Below, in pieces: positions 41,821-54,848 of a DNA stretch of 64,000 bases. The stretch covers positions 15,500,001-15,564,000 of the forward strand of contig CM022667.1 in the NCBI GenBank assembly GCA_012295275.1, given 5' to 3'. The notes beneath the pieces are model-generated. The model worked only from the letters and a program-made list of their open reading frames with translations, did not search any database and had not been told where the DNA came from. A program made the translations under genes and the position numbers. The first letter of the stretch is position 1. Every line of letters starts with the position of its first letter. Origin of the DNA: Chrysomallon squamiferum. Its lineage: Eukaryota > Animalia > Mollusca.

Positions 41821-43019
41821 TATAGAAATGTTAGACTTTAAAAAGCATTTATATAAATGGAAACAGGAAACAATCAATTTATATATATATATATATATAT
41901 ATCTGTAACCAACTGTTAAATAAAAGAAATGAAAATATGCTATTTTCCGAGTAGGAATAAAAAATTAGTTCTGCCCAAAAATTAATACATTTCGATTAAA
42001 TTAGAACTGTTTTCATTTTTTTTTATAATGCATTTTGATGATGCTGCACTTGCATTTCAAATTTTATCTAATTCTGTGCTTCATTAGTTTTGATAACTTG
42101 ATAGTTTCCTGACCATTTCCATTTTAGGTGAATTGGTAGTGTGTTTGATTCTGTATATAGAGACCATATTTTTTTATTGCTTTTGTCACATTTGTGAATA
42201 TATTATGATTTTTTGTTTGTTCTAATTTTGACATTTTGCCTTTCGCAGACATAACTTCATATGCAAATTTTGTAATGGAGATTTTTAAAAAGATTTAGTG
42301 CCTGCAAAAGTATGTTTTGAATGAATAAAAAGAAAAAGTTAATTGTTTTACTCATACACACATACAGACGCCCACACAAATACACTAACATGTACAAAAC
42401 ACACAAGCACATACATATACAGACAACATTTAAAAGGCATAAAATATAAAACCATATCATTATCTATGTTTGTATCTGCTTTATTTAAATCCATTTGATG
42501 CTTATTTTGATTCAGATAAATTAATTTTATGTTTTACAAATGACTGTTTCTTATTATTAATAGCTTTATGTTTTTGGTATGTACTAGTATAATATAAATG
42601 ACATTATGATAATAAGTGTGTTTAATTGTATTAGCTATGTTGTTTCTTAAATTTAAATGGTGTTATATATTTCTATTTAATTATAATTCTAAACTTCATC
42701 CATCCTTATTTGTATCTATATGTGATCAGGATGGTATGCGTGTGTGGTCATTTAAAATGTCCTATATTTTTTCTTAAAAATAAATGAATCATATAATGAA
42801 TGACAAACTTAAGTCTAAATTGTTATTTATTAAAATGCGGAAAAGGGGTCGGAGATTACTGAGATTTTCATGGTAGTTCGTAATAATTCACATTTTATTT
42901 AGAATAATGATACAAATAAGTTAACATACTTGACAAAATCAGTTTTAATATTAAAAACAGATATCGAAGGTAACAATTACAACGAAACACGATAGGGAAT
43001 TTCCAGTTGAGTAATATTC

Positions 43020-43357
43020 TATTTTTGTCAAATGACTGGTGGTACGATACCGATTTTCTATTGGCTAATTGTGAACATTTCCGTCCACGAGATCTGAAAA
43101 GAGGCTAATTTCGAGGAATATAAGCCGGATTATTTTCACTTTGTTTTCATATAAATATAAACATTAATGAGTAAATAAACGAAACACGGAGGAAACCAAT
43201 ATTAAGAACAATGATCTCTACGAAAGTATATTATAATATATCGTTAATCATACTTCAGGTTAACTATATTTTAAGAAATGTTAAACCTTTATCTTGAGAA
43301 CCTTCCGCGATATTATAATGCGTGAATTATAACATAAATTCGAGCACACGTTCTTCT
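43020..43357 (+). promoter_or_regulatory. Orphan duplicate of the 7SK promoter (no 7SK body)
   Basis: Colinear with 54511-54848, including the block TTTTTGTCAAATGACTGGTG...ATTGGCTAATTG...GAGATCTGAAAAGAGGCTAATTTCGAGG and TATCTTGA..ACCTT...CGAGCAC. Homology stops just before the 7SK +1 position. Confidence 0.75.
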
Positions 43358-43928
43358 CCATTTTTTCTTTCTTTCTTTCTTTTCTTTAATATCCGCGGAA
43401 TGTCGGTCTGCTGTTCAGATCTATTTTGCTTGATTATTGTTATTGTTGTAGGGTTGTAGTTTAATATAAATGCATAGAACAATACATTTAAACCGCTTCA
43501 TAACGTAAAGCTAAGATTTTTTTTTTATCGCGTTTTGTGTTGATGATGGGTACGACTGCATATTTTTTCCCATATGTTTTCAAACTTTATTTACTTTATT
43601 ATTTTCTTTTGTTTAGTTTATTATTTTTATTTTTATTTATTATATTTTATTTTATATATTTTTTTGTTTCTATTGTATTTTATAACTATATATTTAACTG
43701 TGTGTGTGTGTGTGTGTGTGCGCGCCTTTTTGAATATAAAAAAAATAATAATCCATTTAAAACATTTGAATAAGAATATTTTATACTTTCACCACAACCT
43801 CTAAGATATACAATGTATACTCTAGGTGTATGTACAAAATCTGCTGACTGCGAAAATTAATTTTATTTCTTTTTTGAATTTTTGTTCTCCTCCAGCTGCT
43901 AGTAATTGTGAATACACTGATTACTGTA

Positions 43929-44035
<107 letters not shown>

Positions 44036-44267
44036 CTTTCTAATATGTCTGGTAAAGGCTATTAATAAATTAAATATTAAATTGAAATTGACGCTTTGTT
44101 TCACTATATGGATAACTGGAACATTTTCGATGCAAAATTATTTTTATATCGACACAGATATACGAGATGCCACGTGTACGAGTTACAAACATTTTCTAAA
44201 CCAGACTCTAATGTCATTTCTTTTTAAATAAAAACGACTGCGAATACAGAGACTAGGAAACGTTATG

Positions 44268-44283
44268 GAAATCGAAACTGAAA
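44268..44283 (+). promoter_or_regulatory. ISRE (IRF-binding element) upstream of TRPT1 copy 3
   Basis: GAAATCGAAACTGAAA = three GAAA cores at 2-nt spacing, matching the ISRE consensus GAAANNGAAACT; 118 bp upstream of the ATG. Confidence 0.55.
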
Positions 44284-44385
44284 ATGGTTTTTCTGGGAAC
44301 GATCTGCTTTCATCATCTTACAGATGAGAAACATACTAGCTAGTCGACTTTTGCCCAACAATTTTTTATAACAACGAAATTAAAT

Positions 44386-45840
44386 ATGTCTGAAGAATCA
44401 CAAAATAAGAGAGGAGGTGTTTCTAACTACGCTGAAGGCAATAGAGGTAATACTAATAGAGGTAACGATGGACACAGAGACAATAGTAATACTAACAGTC
44501 ATAGAAATTATGTTAAATATGGTCGTGGACGTGGACGCGGAACGAGATGGGATCGTGGAGGTGAATGTAATCCTGGATATATTTATAGTCCTCGTGATCT
44601 TTCACACCAACGTTATTTTGCACCTGATCAGCAAGCTTATCCACCTTACCAGGAACAATATTACTACAATCAGTGGCCTCAGCACAACCCTTCTGACAAG
44701 TCAAAAGGATATGGTTTCAGACAACAACATAGTCGAGATGGAGATCCCCTGGTAGCATTGTCCAAGTCCCTCTCTTACCTTCTCAGACATGGAGCAGAAA
44801 AGCAGAATATGAAATTATTACTTGGTGGATTCTTGTATGTTCAAGATATTCTCAAATTGCCACAGTTTAAGAAAGCCACTGAAGCTGATATACAAAAAGT
44901 AGTGGAAGTCAATGATAAGAAAAGATTCTTTTTGAAAAGAGATCCAGAAAACAAACTGATGATCCGAGCAAATCAGGGCCACACAATAGAGGTGGAAGAT
45001 CTTGAATTAACACCTGTCACTGACCCAGCAGATTTACCTGTAGTTGTTCATGGAACATACAAGAGCAGTTGGGAACTGATTAAAAATCAAGGTCTAAAAC
45101 GATTTGAACGGAATCACATTCACTTTGCTGCTGGCCTGCCTGGAGAAGACGGAGTTATTAGCGGGATGAGAAGTTCTTGTCAAGTATTGATATACATTAA
45201 TGCTGAAAAAGCCATCAAAGGTGGAATCAAGTTTTTTCCGTTCAGCCAACAATGTAATTTTGAGTCCAGGTGATAAAAATGGTGTCATTGGTCCATGCTA
45301 TTTTGAAAATGTTGTGAACAGGAAAAAATACCACAAACTGGACTTTGATCCCAATGTAGGTTCAAATCGGGCAAAAAACGGAAAGTTGACGAGTTTAGCA
45401 GAGATTCTGGACAGGCGTCTTCAAAAGAAGGTGAACAAAGAAGAAAAAAAAAAAAAAAAAAAAAAAAATGCAGATCAAAGTTCAGGACATGATAAAATGT
45501 CCACTGCTGGACATGGCTAAAGATGACAGACAGCTGTCAGTGAAACTGAACAAATTGATAACTATAAGAGAAAAGAATTAGCTAAAAAGAAAAAGAAGAA
45601 AAACAGAACTTATGTCCACCAAGAGATGATAAACTAAGAGCAGCAAACACGAGGCACCCTCAAGTAGATGGTGAAGAAAAACCACGTACATATTTACCTG
45701 AGAATAATAAAAACAAATTGCCTAAACATGAAGAGAACAAAACAGATGACATGAGCCAACAAATCTGAAAGTTGGAGAAAAAAACATCTCAGCTTCACAG
45801 AACAAAACAGGTCGAACAAACTGAAAAGTCTGACAAACAA
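44386..45840 (+). pseudogene. TRPT1: TRPT1-family copy 3, frameshifted and degenerate
   Basis: Tpt1 ORF from 44386. An extra T at 45232-45237 (6 T versus 5 in the other copies) shifts the frame before RSANNVILSPG (stop at 45273). There is a second 1-bp deletion at about 45362, internal deletions, and no repeat array or normal C-terminus. Confidence 0.8.
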
Positions 45841-46245
45841 ATCAATTTCTTTTATTTATAGAGAATGTATTTGTATTTTTAATAAAAAAAAAAAAAAAAA
45901 AATTTTGTATTTTCCTTTTATTTTTTTATCTTATCTTGTAAAATCTTGTTTTTGGAGTAAAATATAGAATTATTTAAAGTTTTAAATATATTACATTGTG
46001 TATCAAATTGGAAACATAAAAGAATGCATATCAGGATAGGAGAATCTAATGAAATATTTCTAAATAATTATAATAGAAGAACATTTGTTGGACAAAATAT
46101 TAAAATGTGAGAAGTTCATAGAAGACTATCTGTTTAGTGCACATATTTTCAAAAACATTTCCTATTTCTGGTTTGTTCATCTGTGTATTTTGAGTATTTT
46201 TTAGTTTTAATGTTTGGGACGTTGGGCATAATTTTTATATACATT

Positions 46246-46310
<65 letters not shown>

Positions 46311-47595
46311 AACTGTAACCAAATGTCAAAAAATAAAAGAAATGAAAAATATTTTAACTAACCAATTATATTTCCAAGGAAATAAAAACTAATTCAGTGA
46401 ATAACTGAAGTAAAATTTTAATCTTATTTTTGAAGTAAAATATTTATTTATGTAACATTTTAAATAAATTACACAATGTATCAAACTGGCAACCAATAGC
46501 ACATTAACAAAAAGAATGTCATTATCTGATGAAATGCTAGTGAAATATTAATTATTAATGAGTATTTTGAATAGTTTTAATTCTAATGTTTGGGAAAGTG
46601 GGAATAATTTTTATGTGCATTACAAATGCTTTTTAATAACGGACTGTCAGTGGTGTTGTACTTAAAATTCAAATACTGATTCTGTGCCTCATTAGTTTTG
46701 AATTAGGTGAATTGGTCTTGTGTTTGATTCTGAATGTACAGACCATATTTTTTATTGTTTTTGTGAATATATTATGATTTTTTGTTTGTTCAAATTTTGA
46801 CATTTTGACATTTTGCCTTTCGCAGACAGTGCTTACATAACTTCATATGCAAATTTTGTAATGGAGAATTTTTTTAAAGATTTAGTGCCTGCAAAAGTAT
46901 GCCTGAAGAAAAACTGAAATGTTTTACTCATACACACATACAGACACACGTACACAAACATGTACAAAACACACAAGAACATACATATACAGACAAGATT
47001 TAAAAGGCATAAAATGTAAAACTATATCATTATATATGTTTATGTATGCTCAGTTTAAATCCATTTTATGCTTATTTTGATTCAGATAAATTAATTTCAT
47101 GTTTTACAAATAACTGTTTCTTCTTATTAATAGCTTTATCTTTTTGGTATAATAATATGTACTAGTATAATATAAATGACATTATGATAATAAGTGTGTT
47201 TAATTGTATTAGCTATGTTGTTTCTTAAATTTAAATGGTGTTATATATTTTTATTTAATTATAATTCTAAACTTCATCCATCCTTATTTGTATCTATGTG
47301 TGATCAGGATGGTATGCGTATATGGTCATATAAAATGTGCTGTATTTTTTTCTTAAAAATAAATGAATAATGATTGACAAACTTAAGTCTAAATTATTAT
47401 TTATTAAAATGAAGAAATGGGGTCGGAGATTACTGAGATTTTCATGGTAGTTCGTAATAATACACATTTATTTTTTAGAATAATGATACAAATAAATTAA
47501 CATACTTGACAAAATCAGTTTTAATATTAAAAACAGATATCGAAGGTAACAATTACATCGAAAAACGATATGTAATTTCCAGTTGAATAATATTC

Positions 47596-47930
47596 TATTT
47601 TTGTCAAATGACTGGTGATACGATACCGATTTTCTATTGGCTAATTGTGAACATTTCCGTTCACGAGATCTGAAAAGAGGCTAATTTCGAGGATTAGAAG
47701 CTGGATTATTTTCACTTCGTTTTCTTATAAATATAAACATTACTGACTAAATAAACAACAAACGAAGGAAACCAATATTAAGTACTCTGATCTCTACCAA
47801 AGTTCATTATAATATATCTTTAATCGTACTTCAGGTTAACCTAAATTTACGAAATGTTAAACTTTTATCTTGAACACCTTTGTTCCGCGATCGTCACTGT
47901 ATAATGTAAATTTGAGCAATCAATTCCATT
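47596..47930 (+). promoter_or_regulatory. Second orphan duplicate of the 7SK promoter
   Basis: Colinear with 54511-54848; TATCTTGAACACCTTTGTTCCGCGAT at 47866 versus TATCTTGAACACCTTTATTCCGTGAT at about 54777; the TATA region is degenerate (GTATAATGTAAA). Confidence 0.75.
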
Positions 47931-48422
47931 TCTGTAACGGGACACAACACCTTCCTCTGATTAGCCCGTTAATTTGTTTTCAAAGTTCAATTTGTTTTTA
48001 TCTCTCTCTCTCTTTTTTTTTTTTTTTTTTTTTTTTAATCTGCGGAATGTAGGTCTGGTTTTCAAATCTATTTTGGCTGATTATCGTTGTTGTTGTAGGC
48101 TGTAGTTTAATATAAATGCATAGAGCGATACATTTAAACCGCAACATAACGTAAAGCTAATATTTCATTAACGCCGTATGTGTTGCATGAGATAGGTACG
48201 ACTTCATATTAATTATCGTATTTCCCATACGTTTTCAAACTTCATTTACTTATTACTTTCTTTATAGTTTATTGTATTATTATTATTTTTTTTTTTTTAT
48301 TATATTATTTTTTTTTTTTCATTTTTTAATTTTATTTTATTATTATTTTTTTATTAAATAATTGTATATATTTAACTTTTTAATTTTTATTATATATTTT
48401 TTTTTTTCAATTCTTTTCTTTT

Positions 48423-48462
<40 letters not shown>

Positions 48463-48904
48463 GAACACACAGTTAGAATATAACCAGGAACAGAATTCAA
48501 CAAAAAACATACCATCGTCTGTCAGTTTTTGACTTTGATTGTAAAATCCTGCGCCTCATTTGTTTAGAAATAAAACAAAACCCCCCAATATGATGTCAAC
48601 TTTTGGATTCCATTACAGAAGGATTTATTTTTATTTTTATTTTTTATTTTATTTATTTATTTATTTTTTTTTTTTTTTATTTTATTTTATTTTATTTTTT
48701 TTTTTTTTTTACTTTCCCGTTACAAAAAGAAAAACAAATCTTTAGCCCCCTAATAATTGAATCTTAGCTAAAGTCATTTCATTTGCTCATGTCAATCCTT
48801 ACGGCATTGTGACGTCATGTAATAATATCGATATCTTAACATAGCAGCATGTAATAGTATGTGAATTTTAATCCAGTTTACACAATTCTATTATTTTCTT
48901 CTCC

Positions 48905-48959
<55 letters not shown>

Positions 48960-49457
48960 TTACTACTTTGATGTTAGAATGCGTAAAAGGTGTTAACGTT
49001 TCAAAAGGTAGCATTCTTGTAAAGGCTTTTAGTAAACGTAATTATAATGAGTTTTGAAACGATTTCTATCTGTACTTTAAAATGGTGCTTAAAGTTATGT
49101 TTGAACGATATAATTACTTTCGATACAAAAACAGGAAATAAATATATAAATAATTTTTATTATTGTCATCATCATCATCATCATCATTATTATTATTATT
49201 ATCATCATCAACATCATTATTGTTGTTGTAACTATTAAAATATATTACTGTATCGTAAATATGTGTGTCTGTGTGTTTTTAAAACTGCAAAGATTCGTAA
49301 TACTGAAAATCACCACTACTTTCATCTATAACTATTCCTGATGATGATAACAGCATGAAGAATATCGACAGGATGCTGATGATTTTTATTTTAAAACGAT
49401 CACAAATCCTAGGATATAGTTTATGGTTCTTGTTTAGAGTGATAATTTGACATAGGG

Positions 49458-49500
<43 letters not shown>

Positions 49501-49787
49501 GTTTTCTTATTGTTTTATGTTGTGTCGACTTTTAGTGTTTGTTTGTATGTCTAAAGGTTTATTTTTGTTTTTGTTTTGTTTTCTGGGTGGGGGATGCATG
49601 GTAGAAATGAGTGAGGCTTGGGAATGTTTTCTAGAGAGCATTTTCTTATTTTTTTATAATTATCCTTAAAATATAAAATAATGAAAATTGTAATACATCT
49701 TTGAAGCTTGTTTTTCTGGTAATACGATAAACCTTGGGTAAATCGTCTGGTACCTTTATTTATTTTATAGTTTACTTATTATTCAGT

Positions 49788-49957
49788 GGTAACAAGTCAA
49801 TTCGTACCCTCGATTCAGTGTACCAAAGAAAATTCATACCCACGATATCCCGTACCCAGTTCTGATGAGTCCACAAGTTAAGACAATTCGTACCACCCGT
49901 ATCTGCTTTTATTTGAGTTCTGTATTTAATTTATTTTATTTATCGGTGTGTGTGTGT

Positions 49958-50000
<43 letters not shown>

Positions 50001-50418
50001 ACTATATATATAATCTTTCAAATATTTGTGGTATAGGCTATTAACTAAAAACTGAATATTCAATTGAAATCGATGCTTTATATCACTATATGGATAACTG
50101 GAAAATTATTTTCGCAAAATCTGTAGCTTCTCTTCATATACATTGACATACGGAAAAAAAAAAAAACAAGACCAACACTGACAATACAAATTAATAATAA
50201 AATAATAAAAATAATAATAATAATAATAATAGACAGATCGCAATTATTTTTATTCGTCGGCGGATTCGAAAATTAACAAATAAAATAAGTCTCGCTAAAT
50301 AAAGAATTCAAAGTATTTTTGGTACCAGTTGTATTAAACTTTGATGCGTCTTGACTTAGAACTTGGTACGATTTGTCATTGATACGAGTTGTCTTGGGTA
50401 CGAGATGTCACGTGTACA
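49788..50418. mobile_element. Degenerate non-autonomous DNA-transposon-like element with subterminal (TC)GTACC repeats
   Basis: The left end has several CAATTCGTACC/CGTACCC motifs; the right end has the inverted GGTACGA(G/T)TTGTC/GGGTACGAGATGTC motifs. A remnant of the interior and right end is at about 44040-44185. Superfamily not assigned. Confidence 0.5.
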
Positions 50419-50510
50419 GTTATCGAGAATTCCTAAATTAGACTCTAATGTCAGTTCGTTCTTTTTAAAAATAAAAGCGACTGCTAATACCGAGACTAAG
50501 AAATGTTACG

Positions 50511-50526
50511 GAAATCGAAACTGAAA
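50511..50526 (+). promoter_or_regulatory. ISRE (IRF-binding element) upstream of TRPT1 copy 4
   Basis: GAAATCGAAACTGAAA, 135 bp upstream of ATG 50646; identical to the copy-3 motif although the flanks have diverged. Confidence 0.55.
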
Positions 50527-50645
50527 ATGGCTATTCTAGGAAAGATATGCTTTCTACGTGTTACATACTTATCAGATACTGTGAGAGAAACATACTAGCT
50601 AGTCGACATTTGGCCAACACTTTTTTTGTAACAACGAAATTTAAT

Positions 50646-52735
50646 ATGTCTGAAGAATCACAAAATAAGAGAGGAGGTGTTTCTAATTACTCTGAAGGCA
50701 GTAGAGGTAATACTAACAGTAACAGAGGTAATGATGGACACAGAGGCAATACACGTGGCCAAGGACGTGGACATGATTTTCCACCGCAAAGTCGTGGACA
50801 AAAGCAACCTGCTGGATATGGTAATAGACGTGGTTGTCCTACACCGCAGCAGCAAGGTGAACGATATGATCAAGAACGGTATTCCTATAATCAGGAGCAA
50901 CAGCAGAACCGACATGGTAGCTCGAAAGGATATGGTTTCAGGCAACAACATAGCCGAGATGGAGATCCCCTGGTAACATTGTCGAAGTCCCTGTCTTATC
51001 TTCTCAGACATGGAGCAGAAAGGCAAAAGATGAAATTATTACCAGGTGGATTCTTGTATGTTCAAGATATTCTCAAAATGCCACAGTTTCACGAAGCCAA
51101 TGAAGCTCATATAAAAAAAGTAGTGGAAGTCAATGAAAAGAAAAGATTTTTTTTGAAAACAGATCAAGATAACAACTAATGATCCGAGCAAATCAGGGCC
51201 ACACAATAGATGTGGAAGATCTTGAATTAACACCTGTCACTGACCCAGCAGATTTACCTGTAGTTGTTCATGGAACATACCACCAATATTGGGAACTGAT
51301 CAAAAATCAAGGTCTAAAACGATTTGAACGGAATCACATTCACTTTGCTGCTGGCCTGCCTGGAGAAGACGGAGTTATTAGCGGGATGAGAAGTTCTTGT
51401 CAAGTACTGATATACATTAATGCTGAAAAAGCCATCAAAGGTGGAATCAAATTTTTCCGTTCAGCCAACAATGTAATTTTGAGTCCAGGTGATGAAAATG
51501 GTGTAATTGGTCCATGCTATTTTGAAAATGTTGTGAACAGGAAACCATGGCACAAACTGGACTTTGATCCAAATGTAAATTACAAGCCACGTAAAAAACG
51601 GAAAGCTGACAAGGTTAGCAGAGATTCTGGACGTGCATCTTCAAAAGAAGGTGAACAAAGAAGAAAGGGAAAACAAGAACTAGAAATAAAAGCAGATCAA
51701 AGTTCAGGACATGAGAAAATGGAAAATGATTCTGAAGTATCATCCACTGCTAGAGACATGGCTAACGATGACATAACAACTGTCAGTGAACAAAGCGAAA
51801 AGGTGGAACCAGAAGTGGACCAGAGTTCAGAAAGTAAACCAAAAAAAAAAAAGAAGAAGAAAAAGAAGAAGAAGAAGTCCCATCAAGAAGAATCAGAACA
51901 TGATAAAATGGAAAATGATTCTGATGCATCATCAACTGCTGGAGAAACTGAACATGCTGATAACGATAAGAGAGCAGAATCAGCTGAAAGAGAAAGACAG
52001 GAAAAGCAACTTGGTGAAACTGAAGCCGAAGATTTCCATAAAAACAATACCATAGATGGATCATCCAATAAGGACAGAGCACTGAATGATATTAATTCAT
52101 CTAAAGAAGAGCATCTGGAATTAGCTGTTAAAATGTGTGCACAAGGAGATGATAAGCAAAGAACAGCAGACGGAAGGCACACTCAAGTAGATGATAATGA
52201 AAAATCATGTACACCTTTACCTAAGAATAAAAAGAACAAAACATATGACAAGAAAAACGACAAATCAGAAAGTAGTAAACCAAGAGACAAAAGCATTTCA
52301 GCTTTTCAGAAACAAGAGGTCAAAGAAAATGAAAAGCCTGAAAAAGAAAATCAACAAACACAGAAGAACCAGGGAAAAAAGAAAGATCGAGTGGCAACTG
52401 AAATGAAAGTGAATGATTCTGAGAACAACATTGGCAATGATGCTTCAGCAATAAAGAATGATATGTCTGAGAAAAAGGAAGTTAAGAAAAAGAATCAGCA
52501 CATTAAAAAAACCCCAGATAAAATAGAAATTGAAGAGTTTGAGCTACCTAGTTGGACAACAGAGGAAGCTGATGTGCCTGAACATAAGAATAAACCACAT
52601 GATACATCCAATGAAACTGATAAGAAAAACAAAGAGAAAGAACAGAAACATGAAGATGACAATGAGAAAGATGGCAGTCATGAAGGGACAAGTCCTACCA
52701 AGAAAAGAAGAAAAAAAAAAAAAAAAAACAATTAA
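50646..52735 (+). CDS. TRPT1: TRPT1-family copy 4 (about 696 aa if one base is restored); 1-bp deletion at about 51174 splits the ORF (recent pseudogenization or assembly error)
   Basis: MSEESQNKRGG start as in the other copies; AACAACTAATG versus AACAAACTGATG in the paralogs. The downstream 518-aa frame is intact with IRANQGHT, HGTY, RNHIHFA and RSANNVILS. Only about one partial repeat unit; C-terminus homologous to copy 2. Confidence 0.8.
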
Positions 52736-52858
52736 ATGGCAGCACTTTGTTAGAATGTTGTATACATCTGTGCTGAAATTGGATGTACCCTGACAAAGTA
52801 TTTTTGTGGAAATCTTTTCGATATATGTATAATTAATAATTGAAACTTTGTTAGTAAT

Positions 52859-52889
<31 letters not shown>

Positions 52890-52989
52890 CCAGTTTTGGT
52901 GAGCATTTTTTTTTAATGTGATTATTTATTTTACTTTTTTTGAAATTATTAGTATTATTATAGAGAGTTTATTTCTATTTTGCTTTTTT

Positions 52990-53043
<54 letters not shown>

Positions 53044-54774
53044 CATCATTTATATTATCTTACATTTGTTTTATCTTGTAAAATATTTTAACTAACCAAT
53101 TATATTTCCAAGGAAGTTTAAACTAATTCAGTGAACATGTAACATTTTAATTTTGTTTTTACTTAAAATATAGAATTATTTAACATTTTAAATAAATTGT
53201 ATGAAATGTATGAATTGTATACAATGCATGAAACTGGAAAGCTACAGCACATAAAAAATAGGATGTCAGCATATGATGAAATGCTAGTGAAATTTTTTTT
53301 AAATAATTATAACAGAAGAAAATTTGATGGATAAAATTTTAAAATGAAACAACTTAGAAGACTGCATCTGTTTAATGCACATATTTCTGGTGTTCATCTG
53401 TGTATATGTTTATTCAAATTAATATTTTTAATTATTTTGAATAGCTTTGATTCTAATGCTTGGGAAATTGGGAATAATTTTTTATACATTACAAATGCTT
53501 TTTAGTAACAACCTGTCAATAATGCTGCACTTACAGTTCAAATACTAATTCTGTGCCTCATTAGTTTAGATAAATCTTTAGGTAAATTGGTTTGTTTCTG
53601 AATCGTTTTTATTGCTTTTGTGAACATATGATTTTTCGTTTGTTCTAATTTTGACATTTTGTCTTTGGCAAATAGTACTTATATAACTTCATAAGCAAAT
53701 TTTGTAATAGGGATATTATGAAAGATTTAGTGTTTGCAAAAATATATTTCGAATGAAAAAAATATGTTTTTTCGTCATTCACATCCTGACACTTACATAA
53801 ATGTACAAAACACAAAAACATATACACACATTTACACAAACATGTACAAAAGATATTTACAAAACACAAGATTTAAAAAGACAAAAAATATAAAACCATA
53901 ACATCTGTGTTTATATATGCTTAATTTAAGTCCACTTTATGCTTATTTTGATTCAGATAAAATTAATTTTGTTTGAATGTTTTTTTTACAAATTATTGTT
54001 TCACTAAACATATATGTGCAAACCAGTTTAATAGGTTTTTTATTATTAAATGCTTTATGTTTTTGGTAAAATAATATGTACTAACTAATAGCATAATGAT
54101 AATAAGAGTTTAATATTATTAGCTATGTAATTTTATGTTGATTGAAGCTTGAATAAAATCGTTAATATTTAAAAATGTAAATGGTTATATATTTTTATTT
54201 AATTATAATTTTATAATTCATTCATCTTTATTTGTGTCGATATGTGATTAGAATGCGTGACTGGTCATTTAAAGTTATATCAGAATGTTCGGCCTTTTTT
54301 ATTTTTTTTTTTTTTTTTTTTAACATATATTAATATGCGTAAATGGGGTCGGACACTTACTGAGATTTACATGGTACTTTGTTATAATTCACATTTATTA
54401 TTTAGAATAATGATGCAAATAAATTAACGTATTTGACAAAATTATTTTTAATATCAAAAGAAGATAACTACAAAGAAAAAGGAAAAGTAATTTCCATTTG
54501 GGTAATATTCTATTTTTGTCAAATGACTGGTGATACGATACCGATTTTCTATTGGCTAATTGTTAACATTTCCGTCTACGAGATCTGAAAAGAGGCTAAT
54601 TTCGAGGAATAGAAGCCGGTTTATTTTCACTTTGTTTTCATATCAAAACATTACTGACTAAATAAACAACAAACAAAGGAAACCAATATTAAGACCAACA
54701 ATATATGCCAAAGTTCGTTATAATACATCATTAAACATACTTCAAATTAATTTTATTTTAGGAAATGTTAAACA

Positions 54775-54848
54775 TTTATCTTGAACACCTTTATTCCGTG
54801 ATAGTGCAGTGGATAACTATATAAAGCAATTGCGAGCACTCACTCTAC
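54775..54848 (+). promoter_or_regulatory. Pol III type-3 promoter of 7SK: PSE-like region plus TATA box
   Basis: TATATAAA at 54818-54825 (-31 to -24 from +1 at 54849); PSE-position sequence TGAACACCTTTATTCCGTGAT at about -67 to -47; conserved distal block at 54511-54619 and an octamer ATGCAAAT at 54413-54420. Confidence 0.75.

Noticed and set aside
42995-43004. Perfect NF-kB-like site GGGAATTTCC
   Set aside because: Present in only one of three homologous flanks (the others read GTAATTTCC); a single 10-mer is insufficient evidence.
50547-50645. Upstream in-frame ATG extending copy 4 by 33 aa
   Set aside because: The extension is not open or in frame in the other copies, which all begin at MSEESQ.
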